From the IMG/VR virus record IMGVR_UViG_3300009151_000002: a DNA stretch of 64,000 bases; one strand, given 5' to 3'. Below the pieces are notes generated by a model that saw nothing but the letters and a program-made list of their open reading frames with translations, did no database searches and was not told the DNA's origin. A program made the translations under genes and the position numbers. The DNA comes from an uncultured virus (IMG/VR IMGVR_UViG_3300009151_000002). Its lineage: Duplodnaviria; Heunggongvirae; Uroviricota; Caudoviricetes. The number at the start of each line of letters is the position of its first letter. The first letter of the stretch is position 1. Shown one piece after another: positions 55,652-64,000 of the stretch.

Positions 55652-58600
55652 TTATAATATTTTATATCCAGAATCTTTAGGAACTCTACCAAATTTATCT
55701 TGAAAAGATTTAACAGTTTTTTCATTATTAGAACCGTGATATTTTTTAAAATCATCAGAAAGTATTTCATTAGCATCAGCAAAACTTTTCATTATCTCAC
55801 TTAATTTACCATCAATTTGTTTACCAAATGGTTGTGCTATACTAGATTCTTTTAGTTCATAATATTCACCATTGTCATCAACTGCTCTTATTGTAGTAGT
55901 ATAGCGATAGTTACCAGTAACATTATCTCTATCAAGGATAAGTTTATGTCCATAAACAGGATCAATGTATTGTATTTTTTTACCAGTATTTAATACTGCT
56001 TCTGTAGGAGTGACTTTATTAGATTGGAATAAACTATTTTTCCAACTACTTGCTGGTGCAATATAAGTAACCCCATTTGTTTGTAAATCAGAAATTATTT
56101 GAGCATCAGCCTTTTTATCAAAATATTTTTCAATAACTTCATTAGGTATATTTTTAACTTTCATTGCTCCTAAATCAGAATTTTCAGCACCAATTTGAGA
56201 TTGAATAAGTTTAAATATAGTTGGATTACCTTTTTGGCTTTTATTTTTTGACATAGTTGATAAATCAAATAACATATTTTTTAATTTGTTATTTAAATTA
56301 ATATCAATTTCTGCATCTGGATCATACTGGTTACCTTTTAAAGAAACTCTATAAGAATTTTTATCAGCTTGATTAAAATTAATTTTTCTTACATCATTTA
56401 GAAATTGATTAAAGTAAATTAAGTTATCATCCTTTCTACCTAAGTTTACATTAACAGAAGTTGGAGTTGCTCCTAATGAAGTTTTACCACCAGCTGTACT
56501 TTTTATACTTGGTAAATAAGATAATAAACCTAACTTATGATCAGGACTATAAACAATATCTTCATATGTTTCATTCATATCACCTAATAAATCACCATTA
56601 GAAAAATTTTTAATTGCTTTACCCGCTTTATACATATTAGTCGGATTAGGTGAAACTGAAGCACCTATCATATTAGGTATATTTGCAATAAGCTGACCAG
56701 TTCTAGAAAAGAATCCTGGAGTTTTTACTTGTTTACCTGTTCTTTTTTCATAACTGTCAAGAGTATTTTCAAGCATATCATTAAATTCATCATCTTCCCA
56801 TGCTTTACCAGTAACATATTTTTTAAGATACTGATCAATAATAGTATATCTTAGTGCTTTATCTTCAATACCTCTAGCTTCTAATTTTGTACTTAAAGAA
56901 CTAGCAATTCTGTTTTCATTTTCTTTTTTAATTTGTAAGTGCATGCTATAAAATGTCTTCATTTGATCAAGTTTATAACTTGAAATAGAAGATGTTTTAT
57001 TATATTTCAATCCTGTTCCTCCTGCATTATGTTTTAATGCCCAGGCATCCATTCTTTTTTTATAATCAAAAATTTTAGCATTAAGTGTAAGATCTCTAAC
57101 AAGTTTTTGTCTACCATCTGCACCATTATCATATTCATTTTTAATTTTATCCCATATTTTTTGACCTCCTGCACGATCTGTACCAAACAAATATGCTAAG
57201 TCATTAGCATAAATTTCTTTACCATCAATACCATTTTTAATTGTATTAACCCAAGTATCTATGTATTCACTTGATAGTTTATCAACATGCTCATTTAAAA
57301 CCTTTCTGTTATATTTAATAGAGTTTACTGAACGGTCCTCTGTTTGACCACCTTCACCACCATCACCTGATTCTTCTTCTTGAGCTCCCGCTTTAACATT
57401 AACAACTTTTCCTGTTTCAGGATCTATTTCAGCAAAACCATTATCCAACTTCCATTTATTAAGAGCATCATCAGAAGCAGCTTGTATTTTTGCAGAAGCT
57501 CTTAAATCAGCTCTTCTATTATTTTCTTGATCTCTTTCCATTGCATGCTGATGTCTAACAGTCTCAAGTCCTAAAGGGCTGATTTCCTGCTTATAGATCA
57601 TATCATTTCTAGAATAAGCATCTGCAGCAGACATTATATCTCTCTCAGCTAAATAACTTGCATGCAATCTATCAACATCATATCTTGCTTGTTCAAGATT
57701 ATCTAAATTTAATCCTTCAACACTAGTTATAGTATTTTCTCCAGTATAAGTATTACCAGATGGATCAAGTTCTTGACTTAAATCTTTATTATGTTTATAT
57801 ACAATTTCATCTACTTCAATTGCTTGAGCAATTTTTTGTAAGTAAGCGGGTTGAAATGGATTTACTTCACCATTACTAATATCTTGTTCTACATTATTCT
57901 TTTGATTAGTAGATGCTGATACAGCTTCTTCAGCTTGTTTTGTTTTTTCTTTTGTATAATCTTTAAGAAATAAAAACTGTTCTTTTAAGAATTCTTTTTC
58001 AGCTAAAATTTCATTATTGCCATATTTACTTGCTCTTGCTTTAGATTCATCTTTTCTCCTTACATATGCTTCTGTAGCATATTTCTTTTGTAAAGCAGGA
58101 TCATTAATATAATCAGCATAAAACATCTTTTGTAATGTAGGAATGATAAGATCTCCATTCTTTTGTCTAACCATATACATACCAGATTTATCTGGTTGAG
58201 TTATGTCAACAGATAAATTATACTTTTTAGCTAAGTCCATATACTGTTGAGTAGCATTAACATTTGGAGTATACATGATATTTCCAAAACTTAAAACATC
58301 AGCTTCTGCCGCATTTTTAAATTCTTCTAATCTGTAATCCATGTCTTTAATACCTACATCCCAGTAAGCACCTCTATCTTCTTTATTTTTACTTGATGCT
58401 AATGCTAATGCTCTTGACTTTTCATCTTTATAGTTCTTAGTAAGAGCCATATCTTTCATCAAGTTCTTGTTTTCATAGACAGGTCTAAAGATTTGTTTAG
58501 CTTGTTCTACATTTTGCTCAAGAGATAAATCTAAACCTGATACTCTTTTTAATTCATAATCTATATTTTTTAAATAATCATCTTTCATCTTAGTACTAGA

Positions 58601-58774
58601 ATCTCTAGTAACATCTTGATAGTATAATTGTCCATATAGATTATTTAATTGCTTATAATTCTTATCATACTGATTTTGCTTTGTTTGCAAAACATTATTA
58701 TAAAAATTATAGTCAGGCTGAAATGGTTGAAAATCAGGAATATAATCTGTTACACCTTGTATATATGTTGCCAT
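55652..58774 (-). CDS. Virion cargo/ejection protein
   Basis: 1040 aa, helical; N-terminal FQPFQPDYNFY; position next to the giant genes. Confidence 0.75.
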   Translation of the reverse strand: MATYIQGVTDYIPDFQPFQPDYNFYNNVLQTKQNQYDKNYKQLNNLYGQLYYQDVTRDSSTKMKDDYLKNIDYELKRVSGLDLSLEQNVEQAKQIFRPVYENKNLMKDMALTKNYKDEKSRALALASSKNKEDRGAYWDVGIKDMDYRLEEFKNAAEADVLSFGNIMYTPNVNATQQYMDLAKKYNLSVDITQPDKSGMYMVRQKNGDLIIPTLQKMFYADYINDPALQKKYATEAYVRRKDESKARASKYGNNEILAEKEFLKEQFLFLKDYTKEKTKQAEEAVSASTNQKNNVEQDISNGEVNPFQPAYLQKIAQAIEVDEIVYKHNKDLSQELDPSGNTYTGENTITSVEGLNLDNLEQARYDVDRLHASYLAERDIMSAADAYSRNDMIYKQEISPLGLETVRHQHAMERDQENNRRADLRASAKIQAASDDALNKWKLDNGFAEIDPETGKVVNVKAGAQEEESGDGGEGGQTEDRSVNSIKYNRKVLNEHVDKLSSEYIDTWVNTIKNGIDGKEIYANDLAYLFGTDRAGGQKIWDKIKNEYDNGADGRQKLVRDLTLNAKIFDYKKRMDAWALKHNAGGTGLKYNKTSSISSYKLDQMKTFYSMHLQIKKENENRIASSLSTKLEARGIEDKALRYTIIDQYLKKYVTGKAWEDDEFNDMLENTLDSYEKRTGKQVKTPGFFSRTGQLIANIPNMIGASVSPNPTNMYKAGKAIKNFSNGDLLGDMNETYEDIVYSPDHKLGLLSYLPSIKSTAGGKTSLGATPTSVNVNLGRKDDNLIYFNQFLNDVRKINFNQADKNSYRVSLKGNQYDPDAEIDINLNNKLKNMLFDLSTMSKNKSQKGNPTIFKLIQSQIGAENSDLGAMKVKNIPNEVIEKYFDKKADAQIISDLQTNGVTYIAPASSWKNSLFQSNKVTPTEAVLNTGKKIQYIDPVYGHKLILDRDNVTGNYRYTTTIRAVDDNGEYYELKESSIAQPFGKQIDGKLSEIMKSFADANEILSDDFKKYHGSNNEKTVKSFQDKFGRVPKDSGYKIL

Positions 58775-58834
58775 AGCTAATTTTTTCTATTGTAAATCTA
58801 TAAAATTTTTAATTTCTCTATAAACATCAAAAGT

Positions 58835-61639
58835 TTAGAGTATGAATGGGTAAGTTATATCACCATACATAAATCCTCCTTTTTGTTTATATATTGACAT
58901 AACCTTTTGAGCATCATCATCATCTTCACCTCCACTAGATGATGCAGTATTCATTTTTTTATTTACACATTTTTCAATCTGAGTTTCATCTTTATATAAT
59001 TTTGAACATTCTTTATGGAAAGCTTCATAACTACTTCCTGATACTTCCGGTTTAACTTTTCTAGATTTTGTTGGATCATAAGTAACTTTACCACCACTTG
59101 ATGCATCAACATCAAACTGAGGATATATCTGATTCATAGCATCTGTTTTCATCATGTTTGTAATACCTGATGTAGTTTGATTTAATAAATTATTTCTCAG
59201 TGCTCTCTTAGTATTATCATACTGTTGATTAGAAATAGTATTCTGATCATATAGTTTTTGTTGAGAAGCAGTATTTAATTGTTGCTCTTGATTCTCAATA
59301 TTAGAAATATTGGATTCAAATTGGTTAGCAATGTTTACATTGGCATTATTGTATTTAGCCATTACATCCGCAGCATTTTTACTAGCAGCACCCATTACAC
59401 CAGAAGATCTAGCAGACAATGCTTGAGGTCCTGCAAACTGACCAAGAGCTTGTGTTTGTATATTAGCTTGCTCAGCATTAGCAGCAAGTTCTCTTGTTGG
59501 ATCCATGAATGTAGGTTTTGGTGTTCTCAAATCATACTTAGCAGCCCAAGGCATGTATTTCTTAGCACCCATTAAATCACCAAAAGCACCTGCAATTTTC
59601 ATTTTATCTTGCAACCACATTTTAGGTTCAGTCTCTTGAGCAGGAGTACCACTTTCTACACATGGAGGACAACTACCATCAGCATTTCTTTCTGGTACAT
59701 AAGCACTACCATCAGCTCTAGTACATTCTGGACATGGTCCTGCTACTTGATTATTTTTTTCTTCAGGTACAGCTTCAAATTTTCCTTTATCAATAGCTGG
59801 ATCAAAACCATGACCTAATGTTGAATTTGTTGGAACACCATCTATTGGAGACATTGTGTTGTACTCAGAACCATATAAACTTCCCATTGAACTTTCATCT
59901 GCAGCACCAGTATTAGTTTCTCTACTTTTATCTTTTCCTAAAAATTGATACATTTTATATGATTGATCATCATCAAAATTATTATAAGTACCATTCTTTT
60001 TTTGTTTGGCCATTCCTGCAATTGCATGAGTACTAGCTTGTTCTAATATGGTTGTTTTTGGATCAGGTATTGTAACACCTGCTGCTTTTGCAACTTGATC
60101 TCTAGTTGTCCAATTATTATTTGTGTATTCTTTATGTATTTTTTTAGCATCATCAAGAGTCATAGGTGAGCCATCACCTTTTTTAATACCAGCAGCAACC
60201 ATTTTTTCTGGTGTTAAAAGTTGAGCATTCTCATTTGAAAAAAGTTGCATATCTATACCTTTTTCTTTGATTGAATCATTTCTTTTCTTTTGATCTAATA
60301 AACTTTTTATTGCATCTTCAGGTTTTATATCCATTTTAGAATACATTTCAAACCTTTTATTTGCATTTGGACTATTTCCATAAGCTTTTCTATTTTGTAA
60401 TGCATTTTTATATTCTGTTAAATATGCTTCTCTAACTTTTGATTTTGGATCATTTAATTCTGTTTCTAAATATTTGTATTGAGATTGATGCAATGCTTTA
60501 AGATCGTCAAGTGTTGGACTGTCTTTTTTAGATGGTGGTACATATCTAGCAGCTTTACCATTCAACATTATTTTAGGTTCTTTATTTGGATGTCTATCCA
60601 TCCAAGTATAATATTTAGCATTAGCTGCATTTTCATCCAAACCTGTAACATCAATTACATCACTATCAGCTGGAGCACCTCCTGTAGCACCAGTAGAACT
60701 AGCACCTTCTTTACCTTGGTATGTTCTTAAAGCACCTCCTCTAGCATACATAGCAGACTTAGGTCTTCCCATATAGTTCTTAGAAGTAATACCCATAGAC
60801 ATACCATACTCTGCTTCTGGCATATCATCACCATAAGGTAAATCATATCCACCCATTGACATACCATACTGTGCAGTAGGTTGAGCAATAGGTTGACCTT
60901 CATTCATCTCTTCAGCTTGTTGAGCATAGTCAGGATCTTGTTCTTCAGTATTTTGTTTTTGTTCTACTTCTTGTAATTTACCATCTATTTGTCCAGCAAA
61001 TTCTTTAATAGAAGGATCAACAAATGTATCTTCTGAATATTGATTTTCTGTAAGCATAGGTTTTGCAACAGCTGGCATACCTTGAGGGAATCCTTTCTTA
61101 CCTTCTTGTACTAATGCTAATGCTGCAAGTTTGTTTTGATAATTTTTAATCATCAGCTCTGCAGTTTTTCTATCAATTGCATCTGAGTCTGGATCTTGAA
61201 GAATCTTTCTGTATTTCTCAATATCATATTGTTTAGCAAGTGCCGCTGGAGTATAACTTTTCTTACCCTTACTACCTTTACCAAACATTTGTAAGAACTC
61301 AGGTTCTTTAATGTTCATACCTCTGAAGTCACTATATATAAAAGTGTCATCAGGTAAGTTTAATGGAACACCTCCTCCAGAGTGTCTTGGACCTTTGATA
61401 GTTTTGTGTTCTGGCATTCCATCACCATTGATGTCACCATATACAGTTTCTCCTCCTTCTGCTTCTAGATTAGCTTCTTCTCTAGGAACAGCCGTTATAT
61501 ACTTGCTGGCTTTTAGATTTGGTTTACCTATATAAGCATTGTAATCTGCACCACCCATAGCTGGTACATCATTAGCTAAAGAACCTTGTACTTGGTATCC
61601 TGTTCTAGCTTGCGGTACTTTTTTAATTCTTACTTTCAT
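58835..61639 (-). CDS. Virion cargo protein
   Basis: 934 aa; NLEAEGGE...GPRHSGGGV...FIYSD module; Q/N/A-rich C-terminus; xxxGG motifs. Confidence 0.75.
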   Translation of the reverse strand: MKVRIKKVPQARTGYQVQGSLANDVPAMGGADYNAYIGKPNLKASKYITAVPREEANLEAEGGETVYGDINGDGMPEHKTIKGPRHSGGGVPLNLPDDTFIYSDFRGMNIKEPEFLQMFGKGSKGKKSYTPAALAKQYDIEKYRKILQDPDSDAIDRKTAELMIKNYQNKLAALALVQEGKKGFPQGMPAVAKPMLTENQYSEDTFVDPSIKEFAGQIDGKLQEVEQKQNTEEQDPDYAQQAEEMNEGQPIAQPTAQYGMSMGGYDLPYGDDMPEAEYGMSMGITSKNYMGRPKSAMYARGGALRTYQGKEGASSTGATGGAPADSDVIDVTGLDENAANAKYYTWMDRHPNKEPKIMLNGKAARYVPPSKKDSPTLDDLKALHQSQYKYLETELNDPKSKVREAYLTEYKNALQNRKAYGNSPNANKRFEMYSKMDIKPEDAIKSLLDQKKRNDSIKEKGIDMQLFSNENAQLLTPEKMVAAGIKKGDGSPMTLDDAKKIHKEYTNNNWTTRDQVAKAAGVTIPDPKTTILEQASTHAIAGMAKQKKNGTYNNFDDDQSYKMYQFLGKDKSRETNTGAADESSMGSLYGSEYNTMSPIDGVPTNSTLGHGFDPAIDKGKFEAVPEEKNNQVAGPCPECTRADGSAYVPERNADGSCPPCVESGTPAQETEPKMWLQDKMKIAGAFGDLMGAKKYMPWAAKYDLRTPKPTFMDPTRELAANAEQANIQTQALGQFAGPQALSARSSGVMGAASKNAADVMAKYNNANVNIANQFESNISNIENQEQQLNTASQQKLYDQNTISNQQYDNTKRALRNNLLNQTTSGITNMMKTDAMNQIYPQFDVDASSGGKVTYDPTKSRKVKPEVSGSSYEAFHKECSKLYKDETQIEKCVNKKMNTASSSGGEDDDDAQKVMSIYKQKGGFMYGDITYPFIL

Positions 61640-61649
61640 CTTATTAAGA

Positions 61650-64000
61650 TTATAAATATTCTACTTCACCTCCGTTAGCAATAAATTCTGCTAATTCTTC
61701 TTCAGTCATATCAACTTCATCTCCCTCAGCAAAACCGCCTTCTTCCATATAACCACCAGATTGACCATATGCAAATCTACCCATAGTTTCTTGACCTGTT
61801 TCATTTGGTCTAAACATTCCTGTTTGTTGACCATAAGCTACATAATCTCCTTTGTCTTTATTAGTAGAAGCTCCATAAAGACTATCAGCATTAAAGTTAT
61901 TTGCATACATTTCATTTTGCTGCTTAGCTTGATTTAAACCACGCATTGTTCCAGTGAAAGCATCAAGACCCATATTTAATTTGTTATCAAAATTAACACC
62001 ATTAAATTTTCTTTTTGTTTCTACATCTTGTGCTATTAAATCATCTTCTCCTTGTGTATCTTTTGTATTAAGAACAGTTTCTTTAAATTTATTTGGATCT
62101 AATATATCGGGTAATGCAGAATCATCATCATTTTCATCAGCTGGTGCTAACATAGGTGCGCGCCAATCTTCTTTTTTTGCAGATGAAACTAATGGAGGCA
62201 TAGCTAACGGACCAGTTCCAGGTTTCATAACTGTTGCATCAGATGCAGGATTTAACATATTTGTAGGAGATTTAACACCTATTTGAGCTTTTGGTAAACC
62301 ACCATATCTTTTTTCATACTCAGCTTCTGTACCTTCTTCTTGCATTTGTTTTCTTGCTTCCTCTTCTTCTTTTCTTTTTTTAATAGTTTCAGGATCTTCA
62401 AAAAACTTTTTAAGATCAGGTTTAAAATCTCTTGCTTTAGCAAATTGATTATAAGCTCTATCTCTAGTTTTAGCATAATTTACAGCAAGATCTCCATCAG
62501 TATAATCACCTAATCCAATACGTCTATCAGTATTACCTTCAGGATAATTTAGATAAAAAAGTGAAGCTTGTTTTTTTCTTTGAGCTTCTGCTTCATTAGC
62601 AGCCTCATTCTCTGCAGTATATTTTTCTAAAATAGCATCTCTTTCAAGATTTGATTGAGCCATAGCTTCCTCTTCTTCTGCAGTTAATCCATCAGGTAAA
62701 GGTTGTTCTTTATATCCATTATTATAAAAATCAGCATTATCCATATTCATTCTTTTTTCATATGATAATTCTGGTTTTAATTCTTTTGAAATTCCAACTA
62801 GCTTAGGTGTTTCTAATCTATTACCATTTGCATCATTGATTTGTTGCATGTAACCATCATTTTGTTGCATAAGATTAGGATTAGACATAAATTCTTTATC
62901 TTCATTCTCTAACTTAGCCCATTTTCTTTCTTGTCTTTTTTCTCTTCTAGACAATTTTTCATATTGGTCATCAGGTATGTTATACTCACGTTTTTTTGAA
63001 TCAGCTTTTACATCTTTTTTAGATACACTTTCTCCTGGAACATTAATGTTACCACTTTTAGAATAGTAATCCGTATATTTTTTAGGTCTTCCTAATATAC
63101 CTCTTTTATGTACAGTTCTTGCTACAGGAGTTAAACCTGTCAAAGGATCTTTATACAAAGCACCAGTCTTAGCATTATATGGATTATTAGCTGTAGTATA
63201 TTTTTCTCCTAACAAGAAGTCACCAAGTTTTTGCATTCCTCCTTTTTGTGCTTGAGGCATATCAAAACCACCTTGACTAAACATGTCAGGCTGATCTTCT
63301 CCTATATAACCACCTTGTTGAGCAACTGGTTCAAAACTTCCCATTTGACTTGACTTCTGTCTGTTCTGAGCAAGTTCTTGTGCAGATTGCATTAACTCAG
63401 GATCATTAGACTTCATCATCTTATCATAGATAGAATCTATAGCAGCTTTACTAGATACTTCTTTTAGTTTATCAGTAAATGAAGATTTAATTTTAGAAAC
63501 ATCATTTGTTAAAGTATCTTTTTTATTACCTCTACCTATTTCAGTAGACTCTTCTGCATCACCACCTTCTTGTTTTTTGATAAGAGATAATACATTTTTT
63601 GTAAAGTTCTTTTTAGAACCTCCTTTTTTATAGTAACCATAGCCATCTCCTAATGTATCCCATTCAATAGGTGTATAATTACCTTCATACTCACTGATGT
63701 CTTTTCCAAAATTCTTAAAGTCATCATCTTCAGTTTTACCTACAAAGTCTTCAAGTGAAGCTAATCTGTCATTTAAATCATCACCAGTATCTTCTTCTTC
63801 ACCTTCATTAGCTGATAATTGTTCATATGATAAAATTGGTCCACCATCTTGAAATTCTTCTTCACTGTTAGCAATAACATTTGAGTCTTCTTCATCAGCA
63901 TATGAATTATCATAATTCATACCATCACTTGCAGCATCTTCTTCTTCAGTCTCTTGATTCTCTTGACCTACAGGTTGAAACTCAGACTGACCAATTTTAG
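61650..64000 (-). CDS. Acidic low-complexity virion cargo protein (5'-truncated by the window edge)
   Basis: The frame stays open from 63920 to the window end; many xxxGG motifs. Confidence 0.75.
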   Translation of the reverse strand, partial: KIGQSEFQPVGQENQETEEEDAASDGMNYDNSYADEEDSNVIANSEEEFQDGGPILSYEQLSANEGEEEDTGDDLNDRLASLEDFVGKTEDDDFKNFGKDISEYEGNYTPIEWDTLGDGYGYYKKGGSKKNFTKNVLSLIKKQEGGDAEESTEIGRGNKKDTLTNDVSKIKSSFTDKLKEVSSKAAIDSIYDKMMKSNDPELMQSAQELAQNRQKSSQMGSFEPVAQQGGYIGEDQPDMFSQGGFDMPQAQKGGMQKLGDFLLGEKYTTANNPYNAKTGALYKDPLTGLTPVARTVHKRGILGRPKKYTDYYSKSGNINVPGESVSKKDVKADSKKREYNIPDDQYEKLSRREKRQERKWAKLENEDKEFMSNPNLMQQNDGYMQQINDANGNRLETPKLVGISKELKPELSYEKRMNMDNADFYNNGYKEQPLPDGLTAEEEEAMAQSNLERDAILEKYTAENEAANEAEAQRKKQASLFYLNYPEGNTDRRIGLGDYTDGDLAVNYAKTRDRAYNQFAKARDFKPDLKKFFEDPETIKKRKEEEEARKQMQEEGTEAEYEKRYGGLPKAQIGVKSPTNMLNPASDATVMKPGTGPLAMPPLVSSAKKEDWRAPMLAPADENDDDSALPDILDPNKFKETVLNTKDTQGEDDLIAQDVETKRKFNGVNFDNKLNMGLDAFTGTMRGLNQAKQQNEMYANNFNADSLYGASTNKDKGDYVAYGQQTGMFRPNETGQETMGRFAYGQSGGYMEEGGFAEGDEVDMTEEELAEFIANGGEVEYL

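Noticed and set aside
36022..62476. Short ORFs nested in the giant genes (e.g. 36022, 40131, 44064, 48658, 51301, 59279, 61954)
   Set aside because: These are antisense or off-frame shadows with S/L/F/I-rich composition, as expected opposite acidic/Lys-rich genes.
1..64000. Stop-codon reassignment (TAG or TGA recoding seen in some crAss-like phages)
   Set aside because: Genes are intact under code 11, including ORFs of 7-10 kb. TAG and TGA both end genes at sensible boundaries, and no suppressor anticodon was seen.
1..64000. CRISPR array, cas genes, reverse transcriptase/DGR or integrase
   Set aside because: No regularly spaced repeats, RT YxDD context or recombinase motifs were seen. The PD-(D/E)XK domains lack the Cas4 Cys cluster.

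Overview
AT-rich, gene-dense segment of a crAss-like (Crassvirales-type) phage genome, probably infecting a Bacteroidota host. The host inference rests on TAnnTTTG promoters and A-rich leaders without Shine-Dalgarno sequences. The standard genetic code 11 is used. The + strand (1-31.1 kb) carries small early genes and structured intergenic DNA, followed by a replication/recombination block: SF2 helicase, ClpS, UDG, initiator-like protein, DnaB, Sak4-like ATPase, SSB-like protein, DnaG, GIY-YIG and LAGLIDADG nucleases, a metallopeptidase-vWA plus MoxR pair, a PD-(D/E)XK nuclease, family B polymerase and an NTP pyrophosphatase. The - strand (31.2-64 kb) carries six very large virion cargo/ejection genes, including a 3465-aa virion RNA polymerase with the DFDID motif. 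The most notable observations are: (1) matched terminal cysteines on the three giant ejection proteins; (2) effector-like domains embedded in them, one bounded by DNA direct repeats; (3) repeated xxxGG motifs in cargo proteins; (4) two non-canonical tRNA-like elements; (5) strongly structured non-coding DNA with a repeated AGCTATATA motif around an HNH gene; (6) a homing endonuclease that appears to have replaced its neighbour's 3' end; (7) a motif shared by proteins around the vWA-MoxR pair. All calls come from reading motifs by eye; no database searches were run.
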